From Patellaria atrata CBS 101060 (lineage: Eukaryota): a DNA stretch of 64,000 nucleotides. The notes under the pieces were generated by a model, which searched no databases, was not told the DNA's origin, and saw only the letters and a list, made by a program, of their open reading frames with translations. Location: positions 1,029,550-1,093,549 of the forward strand of contig MU006094.1 in the NCBI GenBank assembly GCA_010093705.1, written 5' to 3'. Both the position numbers and the translations under genes were made by a program. This document shows, one piece after another, positions 31,301 through 44,199 of the stretch (the stretch's first letter is position 1; each line of letters opens with the position of its first letter).

Positions 31301-32407
31301 TACTTGGGGAGGGGGGTTTGCGTGGGGTATTTACTTCCGTGTAACGAACTCATGGACTAGAAAACTTGCTTCCTAAAAGAATCAAAGGTATGGACTAAAC
31401 TTCTTATTCGCTATAAGAGACGCAATACCCTAAAGGTTCGTTTAGATGGGAGGTATGAGCCCCATACCGTAACACAAGTGAGCTGAAATCGCTTCTGTCG
31501 CCTGATCAATGCGGTGCCACCACAGGATGTGCGGTTATGTGATGCTTTCTGCCTCCTCAAGCAATCCAAGGGAAGAACTTGATTACCGTTATGGAAAACT
31601 GGCCGTTGAATCAATCCATATGGAAACACTGCAGTCAATTGACGTTTCAATATCATTACTCCATGGACTACATCCCCATATAGTATGGATGTATGTCTAT
31701 GCAGGTTCCCTTTCGTACCTTGTCGTGCTTGTCCATCTCCTGCGAGGACGGGACGGGGGATGGACAGTGAGGACGAGGGACATGTTCTTATGCCTACCCT
31801 CCGTTTTGTCTTCTGTGGTGCAAGTGACGATAACGGCATTCCTGAAACAACCATGACACATTCCTCAGGTTACCTAACAAAAGCGTTTTTGAAACGTGTA
31901 ATTCTCGAACGTAACATCGCTTCCAAGGCATTTTCTATGAGACCGCGTAGCGAAGGTCAAGGAAAGTAGATACAGCTCCATAATACCCTGCATGCGATAG
32001 CTGCAGGGCGAAGTATCCGGTCACGAGTGGCTCAGCATCGTGGTTTAAAAAGTACAACTGATAAGTATCCTTTTCGTAGACTTTATTGAGCTTCAATGTT
32101 GGTGGCGGGCCTGGCCTAAGGCCGCCGAAACGGGATCATAAGGTATTATGGCTGATCCATGTATGTGATAATTTGTGATGCTATTGGAAGATTTTGAATA
32201 AAATTGTTAGTTGATATGCCGTGAAATACTGAATTGCGACAATATGAGCGTATGCCGTTGGAAAGAGAGTTGGGATTGAGGAAGTACGCTAGAACGGAAC
32301 AGGGCTGGGACGGAAACTCCAATGCCAAGGCGTAGCTGCCAAACTCACCTCTGGAAAAACAACCTCATCACTCGGGAAAGTCGTGGTATCGTCAACCTGA
32401 TCCAACA

Positions 32408-33088
32408 ATGGGTGTAGGAGGTTCAAAACCAGAATCAGAGCGGTCGCAACACGTGTTTGAAGCGTATGTTAGCCAATTGTGTTCTTTAAACCCTGAATAA
32501 CTGAAAAGAAGCTAATCTTATGCGAAGGGATACCCCAATCCGATTCTCCCAACAGCTCGTAGATTCTTTACAAGGCAGCCCTCAGGTGAGAGAATTGGCG
32601 TAATGGACTTTTGATTTGATATGCTAACGTGTTGAATATAGTCCGACTCCACTCGTGCTAAAACCCTCGAGCTTCAAATACAAGAACGAGTGACTGCCGA
32701 ACTAGAAAGACTCCGAGCAGAGGAAGATAAGCGGCTAGTCGAGCTATACGATAAGGTATCAGAAGAGTCCGAAACTTCATCCGAGCCCTCTCTTGTTGAA
32801 AAAATTGGGGACAAGTTCAACACCTCCTCTGCTTTATCCGAAAAGGAGAAGCAACGGAATATGAGCAGAGACACTGTCTCGAAGGAGATTACGGAACTGA
32901 AGAAAAAGCTGGATGCGCGAAAGAAACTCGAACAAGCTGATACTGCTGTGCAGAAGGCGAAAGATGATGTGGTGACTTGTTTGAGGATGAACGATAGACG
33001 GCCACTCGATTGCTGGAAGGAGGTTGAGAAATTCAGGAGTGAAGTGAGAATATTAGAAAGGGATTTTGTACAAAAGACATTACAATGA
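32408..33088 (+). CDS. MIC19: MICOS subunit Mic19 (DUF1690, CHCH-type)
   Basis: Exons 32408-32463, 32528-32585, 32642-33088. N-terminal MGxGxS myristoylation-like start, coiled coil, and CLRMNDRRPLDCWKEV (CX10C). Confidence 0.88.
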
Positions 33089-35740
33089 GGGACTACCCAT
33101 AATAGAAATAATATAAGGATGGAGTGTAGTATAGGAATGTCTAATCTTTACAGGTAAAGAGAGATTAGGTCCTTTCATTGTCATAAGAAGGGCGTTCCAG
33201 GGTCGCCATACAGGTGCTGTACACATGGCGGCATAGAGATAACTTGATTTCGCCCAAACCCTTGGTATGTACATGTAAGTTGTGGTACCATTGGATTGTA
33301 CTTTACATCGGACTTTTTCTTCTCTTTATACCTAAGTTGCAGCTCTTTTGGATTTATAGACCATACTTTCCTTCCTTCCTAGATTTGGATTCGGCTTCCC
33401 CTTAACTTGCAGGCGTCCTTTCATTGTTCTGCACGACCTAGTAGGAGCTCTTTTTGTTTGGAAAACTCTTGTTTCGTTCATCCCTGGAGCTCACTGCGAG
33501 TGATTTTCGGATCAGAAGCTACTATTTATCTCTATATCCACGTATGTCAGGATCTTCCTCCAATTACAAGGAATAGTTCCGTTTCTCTATACTATTCAGT
33601 CGGTATCCTTCTTATACTGCACCGTATTGTAGTGTAGGAAAATCGTGCCCAAGGACCGAATGATTTTGCCGATCGAATATCTACTCCTAAACATCGTTTG
33701 TACTGCTAGTTCACCTAGATATGAACATCTTCAGGTAGTCAATCTCCAATATTTCTTTACCATGGGTGCTCTTTTTTCGAGTCGCTCCTTTTCTCACTTA
33801 CAGTGATATTTGTTTTGTTCGTTCCCATCTTAAAGAAAGCACACCCCCCTACTTATCGTCTCCCCAACTTTCAAACTTCGCTTATGCCCAATACTATCCC
33901 TCAAAACCAGCTGCTCGCGGTGTTCCAAATCTAGTCTCATATTTTCTCTGTACCTCATCCTCCTTTCAAACCATACATCTACAGCAATGAGCTGAACATC
34001 AGTCTCGCCATTAACTTTGCAACTGCGTCGATATAACGACGACAACTACGATAACGAGAACAACAGCAAGGACTTATGACGTCTCGCACCAGGGTACTCG
34101 AGAAGATCAAGAAACTCGATGAACAATTCCGCATCCTGGTTCCACATCCAGTCATCCACCCACCTTTCGGAACAAAATAGCGAGCTTATTGGGCAGTACA
34201 GAACTGCACATGGGTACAAACTGGCCGTGGAGCGATCATGACGATCACTCAGTATCTCGAAGATGGAACGCTAGTTCCAGTTCCGCCGACATCATAACAT
34301 ATACACATCTTACCATACTGTACAACTCGTACAAAAACTTCTATCATATTCAATTTACCCAGCTTACCTCTTATACAGTACCACCCTCAAAACCTTCTCC
34401 GTACAAATCATAAAACATGCACTGTGCACCTGGGCAACCAGCACACCATAGCACCCCCTCGACACCCGCACCCTGTACACCACCTCTCCACGTCTAGAAG
34501 AGCTCAATGACCTCGAGGTTTCATCAAGTGATGCTGGTACAGATCGTATCCTCATAGGGCCTTTAATCCATGCCGCAACAATACTAAACCCCTGCAAGAG
34601 GATCCTTTAGCGACACCGGGCTCGCCGTAGCATCCGGGACTTTGGGGATGTCAAGGCCTTTTACTAGGTCTCCGATTTCACGTACTCTGGTATGGGGTGG
34701 GTCAAAACCGTGGAGGATAGACGGTGGTAAGCATATCCTTTTATATCCTGATGGTCATAGACATTACATTTGGCCTTACTGCTATCTACCGACGATGCGC
34801 CGCAGGCTTATTTACGATCACAGTGAAAGGCGAACCAGAGGACCACTTCAAACTCGAGCGCTACTAGACTATCCGCTGAACAAGCGCTAACACGAAATGC
34901 GATCACTCTCCTCAGAAGCACATGCAGACGAGGATGCAGACCCAGCGAAAATCGAGGAGTACAGACAATCGCGAAATTCTACCAACACAGTGAGGTCTCA
35001 GGCTATTCAGCAACAACTTCAGCCCCGTGTGAGACGACGTTGAACTAGGCGAGCCCCTCGAGGTAAATGTTCTGGAGAGGGTCTATTGAGAGAAAGAGCA
35101 CGGTAAATCTTCTATGTAGATGTCTAGGGGCTGTGACGAAAAGTCCCGTACGATCGGATCGACCTAATTTTCAACCTCGAGCCACGGCCATTCATCAAAT
35201 TCAATACCCTGTCGGACCAACAGAATAACCTGCAGTCTCAGAAAGATTACTGACCACGCTCCGTATAATCGTTGTCAAGAGAATGACGGTTCTTATACGG
35301 GGGTTTGCCTTCTAGGTACGGACCAAAGGAGAACTTTTATTGTATTTGTACAATGTAGAGCAGCAATGAAGAATTGATGGCGACTGAATTAGCGTCTGAT
35401 ATCGAAACCTATGTGTTCAACTAGGTGTTGGTACATTGTAATATCTTCCTGTGAAGGGAAGGGAGGATTGCAGTTTGGGATGATCTTTCATCAGCAGTCC
35501 TAGGATATACAAAGCTAACTTAGACGTCGAATCTAAACTTCAAGCTCGTTAATGTTGCCCCCTTTCCATCCACTAACTGAAGTCTGCCACAGGCAGCCAG
35601 ATATCAGTAAATCACATGTCCAAGACCTGACATCACCTGCGCATATCTCTTTACAACTTTCTTCACAACTTTTATTCCCCTTCCCACTTGTATCGTCCAC
35701 AATGTTTTTCTCGACGCATGTTTATGATAATCCTCCGCAG

Positions 35741-35752
35741 GTATATAAACCC
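35741..35752 (+). promoter_or_regulatory. TATA box GTATATAAACCC upstream of the 35932 ORF
   Basis: About 190 nt upstream of an ATG in good context (caacaATG); same form as the TATA boxes in the 44-51 kb array. Confidence 0.55.
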
Positions 35753-35931
35753 ATCTCCCGCATCCTAAGTTTTCGAATTTCACTCCTCAACATCAGGGAC
35801 ACTATAGATCCCAGCACCTCACATCATACCATATCTCCATATCTCCATAACTCTGTTCGCCCAGCGGAAATCACCACCCCGTACCATAAAAAAAATCTAC
35901 ACCATACTCAAACCCCGTCTAAACAACAACA

Positions 35932-36936
35932 ATGCCCTTCTCCCCTTTCCGCCGCAGACCCGCACCGCCCCTCTTCCCTCCAACATCCCATCCTAACGCG
36001 CAGGAGGACTCAAACGGCCAAACCCCACAACAACATCATCCCTACCATCCCCCCACAGGTCCCAATCCCACCTAGCTCACAACTCCCCATCCTCAGAACC
36101 AGAGCCAAGACAAAGACAACAACGCAAACGAAATTGACGACCCAAGAACCCTCCTCGCGCTCCCGGACGCAGGATCTCAGCAATCTTCCCCGTCGACAAT
36201 CCGTGCCAGTTCTTCAGGTGCCAAAGTCGAAGTCGATGTAAAAGTCAGGGATGAAGACGAACGCCGAACCGAGTACCGGACTGACGCGATCTTGGAACGG
36301 GAATCCCACCGCACCCGCACCCGGAACCAAAACTATATAGGCGCCAGGGCCTGGAACCTCTCACCGCGCGCGATTGTTCGGACTCCGGATGCGAGTGGGA
36401 TGGGTGGAACGGGGTTGGTGCCGTTGCGGGGAAACGACGTCAAGACGAGGGATTTCGCACTCAACCCAAGCACCCCCTCCAACCAAACCAAAGGAGGCTT
36501 CCCCCTCGGGTTCGAGACGCCTAACGTCGCGGTATCGGACCTCTCCGACCCCAGTAACCGGATGATCGAAAGCGCCTCCGAGCTTCGTAATGTGTCGCGC
36601 GGCCCTTCAGCAGCCAGACTAGCCGAAGATATGGTGGCGGGACGGGCGCTTGTGCTTATACTAGCGAAGTCGATACCGAGGATGGAAGTCCGACGTACGA
36701 ATATGGAGACGGGGACACGGTATATGTATTTATTCTCTTATAGTAAGGTTGTGGGGGTTGAGGGGTCGGTGAGGCGGAGGGGGGTGGGCGTTGGACGGGT
36801 TGAGTTGAGAGATGTTGGAGAGGGAAGGGGAGAAGGGGAGGTGGGTGGATGGACGTGGGGAGATGTCTTCATGCTGCTGTTGAGTGCGTGTTGTGTGTTT
36901 GTTGTTACGATTGTGGTGGTGAAGGTTTTGGGATAG
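35932..36936 (+). CDS. Hypothetical tail-anchored membrane protein (334 codons) with one in-frame TAG at codon 48
   Basis: Single frame from ATG 35932 to TAG 36934-36936, interrupted only by TAG 36073-36075. Hydrophobic C-terminus WTWGDVFMLLLSACCVFVVTIVVVKVLG. Confidence 0.55.
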
Positions 36937-37138
36937 TGTTGTGAGGAAAGGGGGTTGTGTTAATGACTGATGGATGCATGGATGCATGGATAACATAGAC
37001 TTCGGAGTTCTGGGTGTATTAGGGACGATACCCTCTTTCTTGAGTAGCAAGTAATCAAATAGCTCTAAGCCTCAGTCAATAGAACCACTCTATGCAATAA
37101 AATGCCCTCAACTCTATCCAACAAATCCCACAAACCCC

Positions 37139-38248
37139 CTACCTCCCCTCCTCCCTCGCCTTCCCCCCCGTCTCCTTCTCAACAACATCAACAACAAAAG
37201 CCCCGCCCAACAAAATCGCCGGCTCCCTGATATTATTATGCTCATAGCTCAACGTGCCCACGCCCCCCGCCTCGAGTATCAGGCTCGGGTTCTCCGCGAT
37301 ATTCTTCCCGACCCAGCGAGCCGCAAAAGCGCGGAGGATATGTCCGTGCGCGACGATGAGGATGTCCGATGGTGGCGGATTATCGTCCTGCGGGGATTGC
37401 GCGGAGGACGAAGCTTCCGGGTCGTCGGGGTTGAAAGATTTCATGACGGGAGCGTGGTGCCGGGAGCGGAGGTGGTGGATGAAGCGGTCAAGGCGGTGCG
37501 TTATATCTTCTGGGGACCTGGGGGTGTAGTATTAATACACGTCTCACAGCTCATGAAAAACAATAGAGAGCGGAGTGGAGGAAAAGACCAGACTCACTCT
37601 CCCCCCGGACATCCATCTCGCCAAATATCCCACCGCCCCCCTCGTCCTTCTTTCCTCCGCTTTTCTCTTATCTCTGCGCTCCGTAGACCTTCGTAGTCTC
37701 CGTAGTCCCACTCGCGGATGTCGTCCGTGATTTCGATGCGGGCGTGCGTCCGGATCTCCTTGCTTCCGTCTGTGGGTGTGGGTTCGTCGTCGCTGTCGCA
37801 TTCGGAGTGTTCGTTGTCCACGTCTTCTTTGGCTTTGCGCCAGGGGTATTCTTGGTCGCAGCCGAGGTGGAGGAGTTCGAGGGTTCGTTGGGCGCGGTGA
37901 CGGGGGGATACGAAGCTGTCGGCATGGTTAGTCTTGACATGCGAATACCAGCTCCGCTATCGTGAATTGGATTTCTCCTCCTCCATATAGTCGTGAAACT
38001 TTTACTGGCGAAGTTTTATTCCATTGGGAGGACATCCCCCTTGAATCTGAAAAGAATGTAAACACCTACACTCGCCCCAACCGCGCTGGGACGATCAACC
38101 TCTCCCGACCGACCAACGCCCTGCCTGTAGCTCTAATCCTCTTCTCCCCATTGGCCGTGAGAGGCAGCTCAGTGGTGCCCGTATGGCGACCGTTGAGGGA
38201 CCATTCTGTCTCGCCGTGCCGGATGATGAAGACCCTTGGTGTCGTCAT
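37139..38248 (-). CDS. Histidine phosphatase / phosphoglycerate mutase family (sedoheptulose-1,7-bisphosphatase SHB17-like)
   Basis: Exons 38248-38070, 37915-37598, 37517-37139. Motifs [45 protein letters not shown]. Confidence 0.93.
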
Positions 38249-39060
38249 CGGATAGGCTGGGCAATTGACAATTGAGGGCTTGATGGGATTTGGGAAGAGG
38301 AGTAGAAAGAAGGGGGGGGAAAGGGGGTTTAATATAGGGAAAATGGAAGGAGACTTATGCGACGTAATATATAAGGTAAGGACTTGTCCGTAAATAAAAA
38401 CGAAGATGCGATGAAGGTACCTTGGGATGGCGGGGTGATACAGACGACCCCGCCATCTCCGTGAAGTCCAGTAGACAAATAAAGGGGTTAGTCAATGCTG
38501 CCTGGCATCTGCAAGGTGATGAGTGAGCATTTCTCACAAGACCAAGATGAAATTATAAGCAGAGATGATATATGAGTAAAGAACCTGCATTCACTATCAA
38601 ATCCATTCCGCCCTAATGATACAAACTCGCTTGAAAAACAGCAAACCAAACCACCAATGACCGTTGGTGTAAGAAAGACAATGCTCGCTTGAGTTACAAT
38701 CTCAATGCCCATATGCTAAAGTGACAGAAAGATGCATCATACTGTCGTGAATCGTGAGTCGTGAGATGCAGTGTATGCAATGGAAAGGTTGAGTCGATGA
38801 TGGTTGAAAAGAAAAGCCCTATCCGCAACATCATTGTGTCCGCTATAATGCATGAGGAATTTTCCTACTCCAAGACTGATATGTAGAAATACAAGAGTAG
38901 AAAAGTTTATGCCGACGCTGATGCAAATCGAACCTTGTCGATGTAGTGAAAGAGTCGCGAGTCGCGCCATATCGTCCAGTCGTTAATGTCGATGAGAGTC
39001 TTTATCCAGAATCATAATCTTCATATGAATAAAGTTCAATAAAGGTTGCAGTGGGAAGGT

Positions 39061-40077
39061 TCAGTAATTGTCGTAATCCTCCCAACGTCCCTGACCAGAC
39101 TGTTTCTGGTCATGTGAAGGTTTATTGGTAGCACCAGCACCGTATCCTCTTACAGCACCTGCTAACGTGCTGAAGTTGCCACGGCCAGTATCATTACTGG
39201 CTCGATCGCCAGTTAATACATCGGCTGGCCCATTTGGACTGTTGTCGAAGGTATTAGCGAAATGAGTTTTGTCATGTCGTGAAGGGGAGCTTGTACCGCT
39301 ACCGCGGCGACGGGAAGTGTCATAACCGTCGTCATATCTGCGATATGATGCATATGCCTCGTTTGGATAAGTGGTTTTGGTCGCAGAAGGGACGGCACTT
39401 GGAGGAACGTATGTCGAACTGTATGGTGGATTGCTCGGAGGCTGGTATGCCGGTTGATTCACGGGAGATGGAGTATATGAGCTTGGAGGACTATAGCGAC
39501 GGGCAGCGCTAGACGGCTTTTCATTGTTAGTGGAAGATCGTAAATTCAAGATATCAGTGTTACAACTTACCTCCTGAGGATGTGACTGATAAGCTTGATG
39601 ATAGCCCTGAGTAGGATATGCTGATGGATATGAAGGGACTGGTGCCGCAGTCGGTGGTCGTCCGTATTCTGCTGGATTGTATGGTCGAGGTACAGCATAT
39701 GAATCCATGTTTGAAGGTGCGGCACCATATCCCTTGGTATTATGTCTACGCCCACGATCATAATCGGGGGACGAGTCCCTAGCATAGTCTGTCCTATGTC
39801 TCCTACGAGATGATCGCGCATTCAGGTCATCACTTTCGTGTCCAGCGTAATCGTCGTAATCCACTCGAGATGGTGGAACAGAGTTGTATCGTCGTCGATT
39901 GCTCTTATCACCCCTGCGATCTCGTTTGCCATCGCGTTTACGTTCATAGTCTCGCTGTTCCTTGTCACGTCTGTCCTTTTCCTTTGCTTTGAAATAACCG
40001 CCAGGAAGAGCCTCGAAGGCCTTGTCGGGGAGCTTTTCCACTCCGAGGGAGAATGCTTTTAGTACGAGGGCAGCCAT
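39061..40077 (-). CDS. Hypothetical low-complexity Arg/Asp/Tyr/Pro-rich protein
   Basis: 338-codon ORF with a probable 54-nt intron 39570-39517 (GTAAGT..CTAAC..AAG); TATA-like CTATAAAA near 40221-40228. Confidence 0.75.
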   Translation of the reverse strand: MAALVLKAFSLGVEKLPDKAFEALPGGYFKAKEKDRRDKEQRDYERKRDGKRDRRGDKSNRRRYNSVPPSRVDYDDYAGHESDDLNARSSRRRHRTDYARDSSPDYDRGRRHNTKGYGAAPSNMDSYAVPRPYNPAEYGRPPTAAPVPSYPSAYPTQGYHQAYQSHPQEVSCNTDILNLRSSTNNEKPSSAARRYSPPSSYTPSPVNQPAYQPPSNPPYSSTYVPPSAVPSATKTTYPNEAYASYRRYDDGYDTSRRRGSGTSSPSRHDKTHFANTFDNSPNGPADVLTGDRASNDTGRGNFSTLAGAVRGYGAGATNKPSHDQKQSGQGRWEDYDNY

Positions 40078-43000
40078 ATCGCCATCTAATAATCAAGAGT
40101 CCTTAGTATGGAGCGGGTTGGGATTGAAACCTAGGTGCGTGTGGGATATATGTGTTATCAGTACAGTGGGCTCGGAGAATCTGGTATACAGTGGGTTCGA
40201 AGTTAAATTCGAGGATGGAGTTTTTATAGTATGTTACCTTCCCAAGCTACTTCGACAAAGTTGCGTGCGAATTCTAACATGGACTTTACGAAGTTAGTAA
40301 TCATGTAGCATAAGTTAGGAGGAAGTGAGTGTACGTACTTTGATGAGTGAGACTTGAGAAGAGAAAGGTGGACGTAGAGATGAGTACGAGGATATATAAG
40401 CTTGTGGGTTAGTCGATGATCTCAGCGCACTGGTGTAGCAGTATCGTTAATTGAATATATGAGGAGTGAAATTGTTATTGGTGAGGTTGACGATTCGGGA
40501 CTTGTCGTGGAGGCTCTGAGTACGGTAATGCTCAGAAGGTATTAGCGCATGATCGCAAGTATGCATCATTGGTGGACTTGAAGGCGGTGAATCCCAAGTT
40601 AGGCTCGGCCGAAAACCGGCAGGAACACGGTTGGATGGTTCAGATGTTTAGGGAAGGAAGGACCTGCATCGCCACCGAATAGAGAAGGAGTGAAATGTAC
40701 GGAGAAGTCGTCTGACACTGGAAAACCTTCAATATGACGTAGGTAGGCTAAGGTTTAGGCTTGACCTTACAGTTTCACTACCTTTGGCTACGTACACCGC
40801 CTCCGACATGGAGCCAATGATGAGCCGAGTTAGAATTAGCGAAGATTGCCGCAAGGATTAAGCCTCGTCCATCTTTCTTTCTTATTTGAACCCGACCGTC
40901 ATCATCAAATGGAGAAATGGACGCATCTAGAATTACAACATCATTGTGAGGTGGCATTATTCCCCTGCTAACGTTCTGTACTCTCGAGTATAGAGAACTC
41001 GAAACTGTATAAAAGGGGGCTTGACCGTATTGTGCCAGACACTTGACCATACAAATGTCAAGGAAATCGTTTCTACTGCAGATTAATGCCGCGGACCGTC
41101 CCACCGTCCAGTAAGTAATTGCTCAAAAAATGCACAGCCGGGCGGGTAATGCCATTCGTGATAGCATATAGGATAATACAGATATGTGTTCCCCTACTAT
41201 TGGATATGTCTACTGGCTTCTCTCACTCATCATGAAAACCCCACATTCATCCCATCAATCCCCCACGGCATCCCATTCAAGCGGAAACATCCTCCAGTCT
41301 CCAGTTGACGGATGACATCGTCCTTTGACATTTTGCCTTCGAATCCATAATGTGTTTTAAGGGACGCGTTTATACATGGCCTGCAATACCGTAAACCACA
41401 CCCGATGAGATCAACATTGAATATCTGGCTGTCTGACATATCCCTTCTTCCACTATGGCATTTCCCCTCCTCTTGTTCACTTCGTCTACAAGGCCTGGCC
41501 AGCCCGGCTTGCTTGTACAGGAAAGGAGAGAATGTAAGGGTGACTCTGATAATTGGAAGACCTGAAATTGTTTCAACCCACTACTGTACGCTCACTCTCC
41601 AAATGGAAGGTTCTCTGGCCCTACTGCCCGTAAAAGTCGAGATCGTAGAAGACCTTCCAGCTGTACCAACCACAACGCCATACCGGCCCTAGATATTGTC
41701 GTTACTTCGGGCCTTGCAGTATGCGAGAATCTCTTTAGCAGGCATACAGATGCCGAAGAACTCCATTCTGACAGAGGAGAAAATATTTTAATGATGACGG
41801 CATCTCGTTGGTTATGAATGGACACAGTATGCTACCTCTGTACTTCTCCGTGCAGTAACACCAACGTCAACCTCTCACAGCATGACATCATCATACGGCT
41901 ATATCAGATCTCATAGGACTATTCTTCATTTACCAAACAGCATCTCTAAGTAAAGTGTTATCATAATTCTACCAGTAAAGACTCAAAATTGTCCTAGTGA
42001 GAATGCTACTGGTAATTTGGGATACCCTAAGTCCTCGATTGTATGGTTTCCCTATGGGATGCTTAGGTCAGCTTAGGTCAGTCAGAGTCAGTTACTGGAA
42101 TGAAGTCCACCTATAGCCCTCCCTGCTGCTCCTAATCAACAAGCGGCGATGATAATCCCCCCCATTACAGACTTTTTCTTTCTTCCTTCCTTCCCCTATT
42201 GAAGCTTCCGCAGGCTTCTAAAGCAACACCAGTTCGCCTTTACAATGATGGCGTAAGAACAGTCTAACTACGTCTAGTGCCATAGAGCAGTGCACAGTTC
42301 AAGTCAAAGTGATGAAATTGTATCAGTCATTTGCAAATAAATAGTTTCTATCGGGCAACGGGCTGGGCGCTGGGTTATGTCATTGGAATTTATAAGATCA
42401 CAAGGATATGCACACGAGTGCTACCTACAGTGGGCGAGCTGCAAACAGTCGTCGGGCATTTTCATATGGCTATTTAAACTGATAACCGCCAATGCAAATA
42501 TTTCTTTCAACTATCCGCTTTTCTCCAGTTCGGGAAGATATTCATTTCGCCATTGTGTTGCAAGATGGGGCGTTATAATTATTCGCTTGTTCTTACAACG
42601 TACTATTTAACTTGCTCAATCTCAACGAAAAGTTATTACCTGCGGCTGTTACGTGGAGAGTAGTATCACTATCTAGGTTTGTTGCTATTCATCAACACTG
42701 CGCGTTATCTATCTTCGTAGGTTACGCAAGCTCTACTCATGTGGTCCAAGAAATCGCTCCTAATTTGTCCTGCAAGAACAACAATAAGCTGAGATCGGAA
42801 TCTTGTTACTCGCTTCTTTCGCATTTAGATCCATGCTCCAACTCCAAGGCTTGTAAACTCAAGAAGTAAAGATTCTTTTATATCTAAGATCTGCCCTTTA
42901 GTCACGCAGGCCGGACCATCTGTCAAAGTCAGTTATGCGTTGTCTGTAGTCATCAGAACGGATCATCTGCTGTCTTACCGCTGAGGAGGCTATAATCACC

Positions 43001-44199
43001 TCCTTTTTGTCCAGACTCCCTCCTCTTTGAAATTACTCTCGAGGATACTCTTCAACTACGGGTTTGAAGCATCAGAATTCATATTTTCCATTCCATGTTC
43101 GCACATGATTTGGATCTGAATTGGGCTCGTGTCGGTCCTCATCGCATTTGGGCCTTTGGCTTTGACTATAGGCCACTTGAGAAAATACCCCTTTATGTTC
43201 TCACTCTAACTCTAGTGATGATGGATCGTACCACCATATGCTGCGAATACTCGTCAATATCTCAGTATTGTTCATACTCCTCATTAACTACCAGTGATAA
43301 TGAACTATATCACCGTGCTATCTATCTCTTTCCTCTTCTACTCCATCGCCTTCAAAGTATCCCCAACCCCCCCAAAATAGAAACGGAGCCAGAATACCCC
43401 TGAATCCCGCCATCCTCTCCCATTCGCAAATCCCGTCTTTGAGCGGGGAAAATTTGCAGGACGACGACTGGGCCTCCAATGACACCCTTTTATATCGTGT
43501 AATAGCCAACGAGGTCTTCCTTGCCCTTTGTTAATTCTCGTTTCGAATCTCAGTCGCAAAGTCTCTGGAGGAAGAAAGGGAGGCTGGGTCGAAGGGATGG
43601 TGCTTTAATACTAACATCGCGGTAAGAAATAATCAGGGTGGACGTGTCATCCACAAAGATATCTGATCACTTCCCCTCCAGTTCTGATGCAATGGTGTGA
43701 TCATTCACTTGCCGCCCCAGGGAGGAAGCGGTCTAGACATCGGTATATATATACCTTTCGCTCTCACCTTTGGATTCTCTAGCTTCTCTGTGCAAAATCC
43801 TCATATCGAAGAAGAACAGAGAGATAAAAGAAATATATTGGAATCTGTCGAGCAACGTTCACCGACGAAGGATTCGGCTTGCTTTCGCAGTGGAAACCAC
43901 GACGCTATTGCCTCAGAAGCGGGGAATCGGGCATTGGCGTTCGAGAGCTGGACGCCATTGGTAGGATGTGCGCAATCTCAAATCATTGGGTGATTATGGT
44001 CTTTGTTAAACGCCCCTATTTCAACTTGCTTTAACCTCTGCGGCATGGAGCGCATCGGATACCGGCGCTGATGATGCTCAACACTCAAACAACAATACAA
44101 TACTCCCCACCATCACCCTAAACTTCCCACCCTCCAAATCCTTTATATCTCCCCTATCCCGAAGCGCCAGGAATATCATAGGTGAGCTAGTGAATGGGG

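Noticed and set aside
35552..36241. 229-aa ORF as a separate gene
   Set aside because: It spans the TATA box and overlaps the 35932 ORF in another frame; low-complexity C/A-rich sequence explains the lack of stops.
38905..38980. tRNA-like GGTTCGA T-loop on the minus strand
   Set aside because: The T-stem and acceptor stem do not pair; no cloverleaf.
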